Shown here: positions 1-8,119 of the stretch, in pieces
How positions within the stretch are numbered: position 1 is the first letter of the stretch
Layout of the letters: each line of letters begins with the position of its first letter
Origin: Capsulimonadaceae bacterium
Lineage (GTDB): Bacteria; Armatimonadota; Armatimonadia; Armatimonadales; Capsulimonadaceae
Direction of reading: 5' to 3'
NCBI GenBank assembly: GCA_965215505.1
Contig: OZ244065.1
Location: forward strand, 4,701,835 to 4,765,834
Length of the DNA stretch: 64,000 nt
Position numbers and translations under genes: made by a program
Notes under the pieces: model-generated
Databases searched by the model: none
The model's input: the letters and a program-made list of their open reading frames with translations, nothing else
Told to the model about the DNA's origin: nothing

Positions 1-1684
1 TCGCCGTGCCGGGGTCCCAGGCGTCCGTGTCGTTTCAATTCCAGCTTGGTTCTATTAGAAGCTTGCCCGTAGTGCTGTGCGTGGTCTACACACGAGGGCA
101 GGTTTCAATTCCAGCTTGGTTCTATTAGAAGCTGGCAGAACACCGGTTGGTTCACTGCTCCAGGTCCTCCACGTTTCAATTCCAGCTTGGTTCTATTAGA
201 AGGCTTCGGCCCGCTGACCGGCGCGGGCAGCCTCAGCGTGTTTCAATTCCAGCTTGGTTCTATTAGAAGCCTCCCACCCGTCCAACTCCCTCCCCCGGAC
301 GCTCATGTTTCAATTCCAGCTTGGTTCTATTAGAAGCGGCACGGGGAGCGGCCCCAATGAACACCCCCCGCAAGTTTCAATTCCAGCTTGGTTCTATTAG
401 AAGAAGCACACCGCCGAGATGCTCCGCGCCCGCTGCATCTGTTTCAATTCCAGCTTGGTTCTATTAGAAGCTCGTGATCTGTAAAGCAACTGAGGGCAGC
501 AACTTCAGTTTCAATTCCAGCTTGGTTCTATTAGAAGAACGTGGTGCTTTACCACTTGTTGGCCTAGATGTATGTTTCAATTCCAGCTTGGTTCTATTAG
601 AAGCTCATAAGTTCTTGTCAAGACCTTTCAAGGTTTATTTGTTTCAATTCCAGCTTGGTTCTATTAGAAGGCAACGTGCGCGGCTTGACTAGGATCATTG
701 GCTTGTTGGTTTCAATTCCAGCTTGGTTCTATTAGAAGTAGAGGTCGCCCGTGTCGGGCCGCACGTCTAGCATCTCGGTTTCAATTCCAGCTTGGTTCTA
801 TTAGAAGGGGTGAGGTAGGTCGGCACGCCCGCCGCGTTTAGCCGCGTTTCAATTCCAGCTTGGTTCTATTAGAAGACGGCGCAGAAGGTCGCCGCACTGT
901 CCTCGTACCTGCTCGTTTCAATTCCAGCTTGGTTCTATTAGAAGTTTCCCCGTGACCCGCGCCCGTGTCCTTTTCTCAGAGTTTCAATTCCAGCTTGGTT
1001 CTATTAGAAGTCTCCGTCGCCTTCGGGCGCGCGGGCGGCCTCCCCCTCAGTTTCAATTCCAGCTTGGTTCTATTAGAAGGAGCATCAATCGTGTCTGTAA
1101 CCATGACGCCCATTATAGTTTCAATTCCAGCTTGGTTCTATTAGAAGCCGATCAACGATGACAACACAATCCGTCAGTCTCTCATGCGTTTCAATTCCAG
1201 CTTGGTTCTATTAGAAGTGGTGGATCAATCAGCAGAAGCAACAGGTTGAGAAGTTTCAATTCCAGCTTGGTTCTATTAGAAGCGGGGTCTATGCTCCGTT
1301 TCCAGTGGGCGAGAGCATGTTTCAATTCCAGCTTGGTTCTATTAGAAGGACGGAACGGTCGTGGAGCGCCACCTGTTCAATCACGAGTTTCAATTCCAGC
1401 TTGGTTCTATTAGAAGTTTGCCAACGTACTGAAAACGTCCCGGTTCGGCGTGTTTCAATTCCAGCTTGGTTCTATTAGAAGGCGAGTGCGCCACCACGCG
1501 CCGCGCGTCCCGGTCCTCGTTTCAATTCCAGCTTGGTTCTATTAGAAGGCTGGGGCCGCCCCTGATCAACATCTCCCAGGGCCTCTGTTTCAATTCCAGC
1601 TTGGTTCTATTAGAAGTGGGCCTGCTCAACGTCTATGTGGCGTTCTACATCTATGTTTCAATTCCAGCTTGGTTCTATTAGAAG
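1..1684 (-). CRISPR. CRISPR array with 25 identical 30-bp repeats (GTTTCAATTCCAGCTTGGTTCTATTAGAAG on the + strand). It has 24 complete spacers of 35-41 bp plus a partial spacer at 1-31, and it continues beyond the window edge.
   Basis: Repeat starts were read at 32,102,173,240,307,374,441,508,574,641,709,778,846,915,981,1050,1118,1188,1253,1319,1387,1452,1519,1587,1655. The reverse complement ends in ATTGAAAC, the usual 8-nt crRNA 5' handle of Cas6-processed repeats. Transcription is therefore inferred on the - strand, from the cas2-proximal side. Confidence 0.97.
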
Positions 1685-1888
1685 ACCACATCTGGTAGTG
1701 GTCGGTCATTGCCGTACTAGGTCTGTGAAGGCGAAACGCTGACACAGCCATTATGTCACAGGAATGGGATTTTTCACCCGCTTTTTGGGGGAAAGAGTCG
1801 TCGGCCTTCTCTGTAGCAGAGGGCTACCGGGGGCCGACGACACGCGGATGGAGGCCAAAACGAGCGAACGGATTGGGTGAGGATCGGG
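1685..1888 (-). promoter_or_regulatory. CRISPR leader and cas2-array spacer region
   Basis: This is a 204-bp non-coding stretch between the cas2 stop and the last repeat. It contains a 10-bp-stem hairpin (GTCGTCGGCC at 1797-1806, GGCCGACGAC at 1832-1841) that could terminate the cas operon. No promoter hexamers could be assigned confidently. Confidence 0.6.
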
Positions 1889-2152
1889 TTAGAGGAAGTT
1901 GCTGACGGGGAGCTTCTCGCAGCCGAACACCTGGCGGTCTACCCACTTGGCGTCGCGCAGGACCCAGAGGAGGACCGAGTCGCGCTCCCCCGTGAGGAGT
2001 TTCTTCAGGCCAACCTTCATGGATTCCAGTTTGGACTCCGGCAGGTCGCCCTCGAAGACCGAGTTCTGGACGCGCGGCAGGAAGCGCCGCATGAACTTGC
2101 AGACCTTGCCGACCCGCTCTTCCCCCACGTCGTAGACGACGATGACGTACAT
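1889..2152 (-). CDS. cas2: CRISPR-associated endoribonuclease Cas2
   Basis: The 87-aa product begins MYVIVVYDV..ERV.KV, the typical Cas2 N-terminal beta-strand with catalytic Asp. It lies directly downstream of cas1 and next to the array. GC-rich codon usage. Confidence 0.93.
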   Translation of the reverse strand: MYVIVVYDVGEERVGKVCKFMRRFLPRVQNSVFEGDLPESKLESMKVGLKKLLTGERDSVLLWVLRDAKWVDRQVFGCEKLPVSNFL

Positions 2153-2203
2153 GATGAAGTCCTCCAGATGTGCTGCCAGGAAGGATGCGCTGCCGGCGAG
2201 CCG

Positions 2204-3427
2204 TCACCACCAGGCGCGGAAGGCGCGGTAAGTTTCCGCGCCGGTCAGGTGCCGGATCAGCTTGTAGCACTCCAGGCGGATCAGGTGCCGGTACGAGACC
2301 GAACGCCCCAGGCGACGGTGCTTGATGGTGGTCGCCAGGCGGTCCTCCAGAGCGCCCAGGAACAGCTTCTTGCCCGCGTCGGTCAGGAAGCAGCCGTCGA
2401 GGCTGCGGTCGAAGTGGCTGTCCTTGAGCTGGCCCGTGTTGATCAGGCGGAAGATGGCCCGGTCCACGATCAGAGGCTTGAAGATCTCCGACAGGTCCAG
2501 AGCCAGCGAGAAGCGGCGCGCGCCCGGCTCGTGCAGGTAGGAGATGGTGGGCGTAAGCTGCGTGCGGTAGATCTCGCCCAGGCAAACGGTGTAGAGGTGT
2601 GAGTTGCCGAAGGAGATCAGCGCGTTGACCTCGTTGTCGGGCGGGCGGCGGACGCGCCGCTCGAACGTCCATCCTTCGCTGAGGATGTGCCGCCACGCCT
2701 GGTAGTAACGCTCGCGCATCTTGCCCTCGATGCCGCGCAACATGTTGATCTCGGCCTGCGCCCCGATCAGGTCGGACAGGCCGCCGATGACGTCGCGCAG
2801 GGTGCCGAGTGGGCTGGCCGCCTCGTCCCAGACGACCGCGCCGACAAGCGGGTCCGCCTCTCCGTCCTCCGGCGCTTCGCCTTCGGGTGACACGGCCTCT
2901 TGGGGCGGCGCAGGCGCGGCGGCGACAGCGTCTACGGCCGCCTCGGCGTCCGGGTCCGTGGGAACCCCGCTGCTCGCCCCGCCCTCGCTGCTGGGGGCCT
3001 CTTCCGCCCCGATCTCCCCCGCCGGCTCGCGCTCGTCGCCCGCGCCGCCCTTGCGCTTCTCGTAGTAGGCGATGTTGCGGAGGAGCGAATGGGCGGCCCC
3101 GCGCACCAGTTCACGCGCGAGCATCAGGCGCCGATCCATGTCCGCGTAGTGGCTGACCTGGTGGACGAGCAGGTAGCCGGAGTGCAGGTATTCGCGCGGA
3201 TAGTAGGAGCCGGCGTAGAAGCCGTAGTAGTTGAAGACGTGCAGGGGGATCTTCTTTTGCGACAGGAAGTTGAGTAGCTTGGTGTTCAGGTCCACCTCGC
3301 CGTAGAGGTACAGGCTCTCCACGTCCTCGACCGGCACGGGCCGCTTCTGGCCGGCCTCGTTCTCGATGTAGAGCGTGTTGGCCTCGCGCTTGACGCGCCC
3401 GTTGGACAGCACATAGTAGTTCTTCAT
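2204..3427 (-). CDS. cas1: CRISPR-associated endonuclease Cas1 (type I-B-like) with an internal acidic Ala/Pro/Glu-rich insertion of about 80 aa
   Basis: The product is 407 aa. It has a conserved Cas1 N-terminus (MKNYYVLSNGRVKRE.NTLY) and C-terminal motifs (RRPPDNEVNALISFGNSHLY, ISYLHEPG). It is longer than the usual ~330 aa because of a low-complexity block. Confidence 0.93.
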   Translation of the reverse strand: MKNYYVLSNGRVKREANTLYIENEAGQKRPVPVEDVESLYLYGEVDLNTKLLNFLSQKKIPLHVFNYYGFYAGSYYPREYLHSGYLLVHQVSHYADMDRRLMLARELVRGAAHSLLRNIAYYEKRKGGAGDEREPAGEIGAEEAPSSEGGASSGVPTDPDAEAAVDAVAAAPAPPQEAVSPEGEAPEDGEADPLVGAVVWDEAASPLGTLRDVIGGLSDLIGAQAEINMLRGIEGKMRERYYQAWRHILSEGWTFERRVRRPPDNEVNALISFGNSHLYTVCLGEIYRTQLTPTISYLHEPGARRFSLALDLSEIFKPLIVDRAIFRLINTGQLKDSHFDRSLDGCFLTDAGKKLFLGALEDRLATTIKHRRLGRSVSYRHLIRLECYKLIRHLTGAETYRAFRAWW

Positions 3428-3458
3428 GACATTCTCTTCATGGCGCGCTCCCCCTGCC

Positions 3459-4001
3459 TTACCCCCAGCAGAGGTCCTGATACGAACACTTCTTGCAGAC
3501 CGCCATCGGCTTGGGCACGACCGGCGGCGCGGGCCGCTCCCGCGTCGCGCGCACCCCTTCGATGACCCGTTCCACCTCGGCCTCCAGGTCGGGCGTCAGG
3601 GTCACGTCCTCGCGGCGGCGCTGCTTGGGGTAGTCAATGACGCCCGTCGTCTCGATGCCCTTCTCGTGCTTGAGGTAATACAGGTAGTAGAGGAGCTGGA
3701 AGAGGGTGGCGCGCTGCCCGCCCTGGCTCTTCTTGACCTCGTGGACGGCCCCGCTGTCGGTGAAGTCCAGGCGTAGGAGGCCGTCAATGAGGACATCCTT
3801 GCGGCTCTTGTCCTGATAGCTCTCGCTATGCACGAGCTGCCCCAGGGCGACGTTCTCGGCCCCGACGCCGCCGGTGACATGCTCCTGCTCCATGCCGTGC
3901 GAGAACCACCACAGCTTGCGCGGGCAGAGGACGAAGTAGTGGACCTCCGTCCCGCCGATGCGGAGGGCCTGAAGGGAGTCTTGATCTTGCTCGACCGACA
4001 T
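3459..4001 (-). CDS. cas4: CRISPR-associated exonuclease Cas4 (RecB-like nuclease with Fe-S cysteines)
   Basis: The product is 180 aa. It has an N-terminal Cys (FVLCPRKLWW) and a C-terminal C..C..C cluster (AVCKKCSYQDLC). It sits between cas3 and cas1. GC-rich. Confidence 0.9.
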   Translation of the reverse strand: MSVEQDQDSLQALRIGGTEVHYFVLCPRKLWWFSHGMEQEHVTGGVGAENVALGQLVHSESYQDKSRKDVLIDGLLRLDFTDSGAVHEVKKSQGGQRATLFQLLYYLYYLKHEKGIETTGVIDYPKQRRREDVTLTPDLEAEVERVIEGVRATRERPAPPVVPKPMAVCKKCSYQDLCWG

Positions 4002-4010
4002 GGTATTTCC

Positions 4011-6476
4011 TCAGATGAAATTTGAACCGGGAGCGATACCAATTCCGCGCGTGAACGTATAGTCGCACTCGTTACCCAACTTGCGAATGCCAAAAATCTC
4101 ATTCCAAAAGGCGGGAGCGACGTCTTCTTCTTTGATCCGCAATTGTACAATGTGTTCAGCCATGCTGCGTAAATGTGCTTCTACAGCGACCTTTAGCTTC
4201 TTAAAGTCTTTGTAGTTGCCACGTTTACGTTTTGCCTCTGTCAATGACTGTGCCAGTATTTCTAACTGTTCAAAGTCTGTATCTGCTGGTCCTTGTGGGA
4301 TGTAATAGCGAAATTGCTTGCCAAAGTCTTGTTCATCAATGAGACGGAACCGACCCATGTTCTCAAACGCTGCTTCGTTAATACAGCGTATAAGATTTCC
4401 TTTGTCATAATCTTTGCCAACTTTTGGATGCTCACCGATAGAAAGGTTGTTATTGACCAGTTCAAAAAAGGCTTGCTGAATACCTAGCAAATCCCGCTCG
4501 CGAACGATTTCCGGCAGATTAGTACGGGAGAAATCTAAATACCAGGCTGGCTCACTTTTCTGATAAATCAATGCAGCGCGTGATTTTTTGTTCTCATTCT
4601 TTAATTCAAAGACAAACACGATGCCTTGTTTGCTATTGCCATCGTGATCCTGTAGCAATCCGTTACGATTACAACGCCCTGCGGCTTGGATAAGATTCGG
4701 TAAAGGACACAGGTCTCGAAAGACAACTGGAAAATCAATATCTACGCCCGCTTCGATCAGTTGTGTTGTAATCAGAACAATCCTTTCGCCCTTATCAAGT
4801 ACCTGTTTAGCTCTCGCTATTTTCCTGCGGCGGTCGTGTGGTGTGAAAAGTGTGCTCAACAGCATGATACACTCATCTTCTTCGGTAGTACTGAGAATAT
4901 CAAAGAGATTTTTGGTGTCGTCAATTGTGTTCAAGATAATAAGACATGACGATTTTTGTTCGCTAACCTTTTCTGCTAGTTTTTCAAGAGAAAACTCGGT
5001 ATCAAGCATGCGTTGAATTTTGTAACGGTCAAAAACTGGACTGCCATAGTACACAGATGCATTTACAAGTTCTTGGGGCTTGACATAAGAAGTGAAAAGC
5101 CTCTCAGGACATTCCTGGGGATCGCGTGTTGCTTTTGAAGCTATCTCCAGAGCTGGCATAGTAGCTGTAGAAATAATAGCGTAAGAGTTGAATTTGCGAC
5201 AAAAGGCATCAAGAAATGCCGTAAAAAAGACATACAAACGCGGGGGTAACGCTTGTATTTCATCAACGAGGAAAATAGTGTTGGAAAAATTGGGCAATCG
5301 CAACAAAGTTGCGTTACGGTTGCTCATAAACGTCTCGAATAGTTGCACGAATGTCGTAATGATGAAAGGGGCATCAAATGTGTCTTGGGCAAAACTCTCT
5401 TGCAACAGCGCATCGATCTTTGCTGGATCGTTATCCAGTTCTTCCTGCAACTTCTCCATGCGCTCATTGTGCGCCTTTGAGTCGATCCGTAGAACAACAT
5501 CTTCTTCAGGATTGTCAGTATTCAGAATATCCCGACAAACCCTTTCTACTTGTTCTGTGATCGAGAGAAAAGGAAGGCCATAAATAATGCCGAGATTGTT
5601 GTTCTTCTGAAGAATTTCATTGGCAAGTGCTAACAGCATCATTGTCTTGCCAGATCCCGTCGGCGAAGTCAATGAGAATACTCGCTGGTCTTTATCAAGC
5701 GCCGATTTGAGAGATGTGACAGCCTCTTCCCGAATTTGAGTACGCACTTTATTAAGTTCGCTATCCATCGTGAAGGATGCTAGGGTTTTTGTGAGTGCGG
5801 TGTCAACGCGGGCTGCGAAAGAGTCGGTGTAGAATGCTCTCCTGAACTCTTTGTTGTCGCCAGCATCCCGCTTGTCAGACTCAATGAGACAGGAGAAAGC
5901 GAATTGTGTTTCCAATACGAAATCAAGTGGGGCAGTCGCAATAACGCTTTCGCTGCACTTGCTAAAATCTTTTAACAGATTTATAGTGGGCTTTTCAAAA
6001 AGATCAAATGGCTTATGATTGGTTAGGCTTTGCAGTGATTGCGATGCTCGCAAAAAATCTGATGCCGGTAAATAGGGCTGCGTTTTAAGAAACTCTACCA
6101 TTCGGTCACGCTCATTGATACCGATGATACTTTCAGTGAAGTTAGTGAGGTTTCCATGATGGCGTGCCGTTAAAGCGATAATGCTGAAAATCTGAGAAGC
6201 AGTTAGCCCAAGCGGATTGTCCCTGTTCTTTGCAAGGAAGCAAAGGAAAGCATAGGCAGAGAGACAAGCATGATTTGAGTACGCACCCGCAGTTGGCGGC
6301 ATATTGCCAAGCTTCTCCTGAAAGAACGGGTTGAGCTTGCCTACATCGTGAAATATGGCGGCAACTTCTGCAATCCAAAGATTCGTGCGTAGCTTTGTGC
6401 CGTCTATGACCCCCTGAGTATGGATGTGAAGCAACTTGTGCGGGTGGGAACGAAAGGCTTCTAGATCAAACTCCAT
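4011..6476 (-). CDS. cas3: Cas3 fused HD nuclease and DEAD/DEAH helicase
   Basis: The product is 821 aa. It has an HD motif (AAIFHDVGKLNPFFQ), Walker A (SPTGSGKT), a DExx box (FLVDEIQA) and helicase C motifs. Visibly AT-rich codon usage. Confidence 0.93.
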   Translation of the reverse strand: MEFDLEAFRSHPHKLLHIHTQGVIDGTKLRTNLWIAEVAAIFHDVGKLNPFFQEKLGNMPPTAGAYSNHACLSAYAFLCFLAKNRDNPLGLTASQIFSIIALTARHHGNLTNFTESIIGINERDRMVEFLKTQPYLPASDFLRASQSLQSLTNHKPFDLFEKPTINLLKDFSKCSESVIATAPLDFVLETQFAFSCLIESDKRDAGDNKEFRRAFYTDSFAARVDTALTKTLASFTMDSELNKVRTQIREEAVTSLKSALDKDQRVFSLTSPTGSGKTMMLLALANEILQKNNNLGIIYGLPFLSITEQVERVCRDILNTDNPEEDVVLRIDSKAHNERMEKLQEELDNDPAKIDALLQESFAQDTFDAPFIITTFVQLFETFMSNRNATLLRLPNFSNTIFLVDEIQALPPRLYVFFTAFLDAFCRKFNSYAIISTATMPALEIASKATRDPQECPERLFTSYVKPQELVNASVYYGSPVFDRYKIQRMLDTEFSLEKLAEKVSEQKSSCLIILNTIDDTKNLFDILSTTEEDECIMLLSTLFTPHDRRRKIARAKQVLDKGERIVLITTQLIEAGVDIDFPVVFRDLCPLPNLIQAAGRCNRNGLLQDHDGNSKQGIVFVFELKNENKKSRAALIYQKSEPAWYLDFSRTNLPEIVRERDLLGIQQAFFELVNNNLSIGEHPKVGKDYDKGNLIRCINEAAFENMGRFRLIDEQDFGKQFRYYIPQGPADTDFEQLEILAQSLTEAKRKRGNYKDFKKLKVAVEAHLRSMAEHIVQLRIKEEDVAPAFWNEIFGIRKLGNECDYTFTRGIGIAPGSNFI

Positions 6477-7162
6477 GCACTTCCTCCTGAAAAACGGTAA
6501 TGTTCGCCGGTCACTGCTATTTCTTGATTTGCAGTTGGATAGATGACGTCAACATATCGTTCCGGCAAATTCCAGAAGTCGTTGTTCTGATAGGTCGGAA
6601 TGCGCTCAAATCCAACGCGGAAGTTGCTAAGGTCAACCCGCTCCCGGTCCAGCTTAAATCGCCGAGGCACAAAGCCTTGTGTGCTAAAGCTTCCTTCTGA
6701 ATGGCTGAACTCACCCTGTTCCAGTGGAATAATTTCCGCAGGGCAATTGTGAAGACCGAAAACCGGTGTGTAATACGACTCACTATTCTGTATGAGTTGA
6801 GTGAACTCCTGAAATAGTCCTTCTGACCGTTCATTCGCGAGCGCAAGTGCGACAGTAAAGTCTGGGTTCTTCAGAAACTCCATCTGCTTTGGAGCCTTCT
6901 CAAACAGATTTTCCGCACGACGCAGAGTAAATGCCCACGACTCTTTTCGCACAGTTCCGCTTACCTGGACTCCGTAAAGTAAATCCTCACTTAGTACTGG
7001 AAATAAGGAACGCATGGCCTCCCGCTCTTGACCTGTGACCGCTCCGATCAACCCTATAAAAGCGGTTTTCGTGATAAAGTCATGTGTCAGCGGATTGTTG
7101 TTAGTTTCCGGCTTTTTAAAGTGTGCCCACCTACCGCGTAGGCGCAACGTCAGCCCTTTCAT
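6461..7162 (-). CDS. cas5: Cas5 (type I-B Cascade subunit)
   Basis: The 233-aa product has a Cas5-type N-terminus (MKGLTLRLRGRWAHFKKPETNNNPLTHDFITKTAFIGLIGAVTG). It lies between cas7 and cas3 and overlaps cas3 by 16 nt. AT-rich. Confidence 0.85.
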   Translation of the reverse strand: MKGLTLRLRGRWAHFKKPETNNNPLTHDFITKTAFIGLIGAVTGQEREAMRSLFPVLSEDLLYGVQVSGTVRKESWAFTLRRAENLFEKAPKQMEFLKNPDFTVALALANERSEGLFQEFTQLIQNSESYYTPVFGLHNCPAEIIPLEQGEFSHSEGSFSTQGFVPRRFKLDRERVDLSNFRVGFERIPTYQNNDFWNLPERYVDVIYPTANQEIAVTGEHYRFSGGSAWSLI

Positions 7163-7164
7163 TT

Positions 7165-8097
7165 TTATCCCTCGGCTTCCAAGAACGTCATCGTGTTGAA
7201 TTTGGGCATCGCCACGAGTTGTTCAGAAAGGCTGGGAACTTCTGTATAGAAGTTGACTGCCTTCACAACAGGCGATTGAGTAAGTTCCAGAAACCGTGAA
7301 AAGTCCAGAGCGTAGTCGTCGAAAGAGCGCAATTGCTCATCTCTCTTGTCCGATTTGAGGGCGATAGAGCGATCTACGCCATAGAGCTTTTTTGTCGCGC
7401 CACTGTAAACGATTTGCAGCAGCAACAAAGAGTTTTGATTTGACTTGGTGCGAGTATTCGCGTTGTTGATGCTCTCCCACAGAGCCTGAAACATCAGTCG
7501 AATGTCGTCTTCAGTGAGGCCGGTATGACGGGCAGAAAAAGGATTGATCCACCCATGAATTTGATTTACGACGTATGGCACCACAGTTGTCGTGCCTATC
7601 GCACCACGTTCTTTGTCTGTGCTAGATGCAAAGACGGAAGTGTTTTGGTGCATGCGTAATTCGACTGCGTTAAGAGAGGGGTTTAGCAGGGCGAACTGGA
7701 CCGGCCCGGTGAGATTGACGGCATTTTTTTCTTGTGTAAGAATTCCTCCGAATAGACGTACATCAGTGAGGGATTTTAGGATTGCTAGAGTGTCCTTATC
7801 CTCCGCGATCTTTTTGAGCGCATTGAAGCGGGCAGCGGCCCCCGACTCTGCATCACCTTTTGCGTTCTTTTCGACACTGCTCCGATCATTGAGGACATAG
7901 ACAGAGTTGCGGTCCATGTCGGCAATGTAGTCACGGATGAAGCGCTTGATACGAACATCACTGACGAGGGCCTTTTTAGTTTCCTCATCGTAGCGCTGCT
8001 CACCCGTGAATGGGTCGCCGTTTGGGATCGAGTAGGTACTTTCGTACAAGAAGAGGATTTCTGACTTATCGACAGGCAGATTTTGCATATTGTTCAT
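7165..8097 (-). CDS. cas7: Cas7 (type I-B/I-C Csh2/DevR-like backbone subunit)
   Basis: The 310-aa product has a characteristic N-terminus (ILFLYESTYSIPNGDP...RYDEETKKALVSDVRIKRFIRDY). It sits between cas8b and cas5. AT-rich. Confidence 0.88.
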   Translation of the reverse strand: MNNMQNLPVDKSEILFLYESTYSIPNGDPFTGEQRYDEETKKALVSDVRIKRFIRDYIADMDRNSVYVLNDRSSVEKNAKGDAESGAAARFNALKKIAEDKDTLAILKSLTDVRLFGGILTQEKNAVNLTGPVQFALLNPSLNAVELRMHQNTSVFASSTDKERGAIGTTTVVPYVVNQIHGWINPFSARHTGLTEDDIRLMFQALWESINNANTRTKSNQNSLLLLQIVYSGATKKLYGVDRSIALKSDKRDEQLRSFDDYALDFSRFLELTQSPVVKAVNFYTEVPSLSEQLVAMPKFNTMTFLEAEG

Positions 8098-8119
8098 TGG
8101 TGTTTGCTCCCTCCCAGGA

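Noticed and set aside
474-1681. ORF-track ORFs 474-692, 952-1161 and 1466-1681 with recurring FQFQLGSIR or FNSSLVLLE peptides
   Set aside because: They are translations of the CRISPR repeat itself. The periodic peptide repeats mirror the 30-bp DNA repeat, so they are not genes.
1824-3776. Long Arg/Pro/Gly/Ala-rich ORFs overlapping cas2, cas1 and cas4 in other frames or on the opposite strand (e.g. 1824-2696, 1877-2602, 2721-3065, 3426-3776)
   Set aside because: These are shadow ORFs typical of GC-rich coding DNA. They have biased composition and no motifs, and they fully overlap genes with clear Cas homology.
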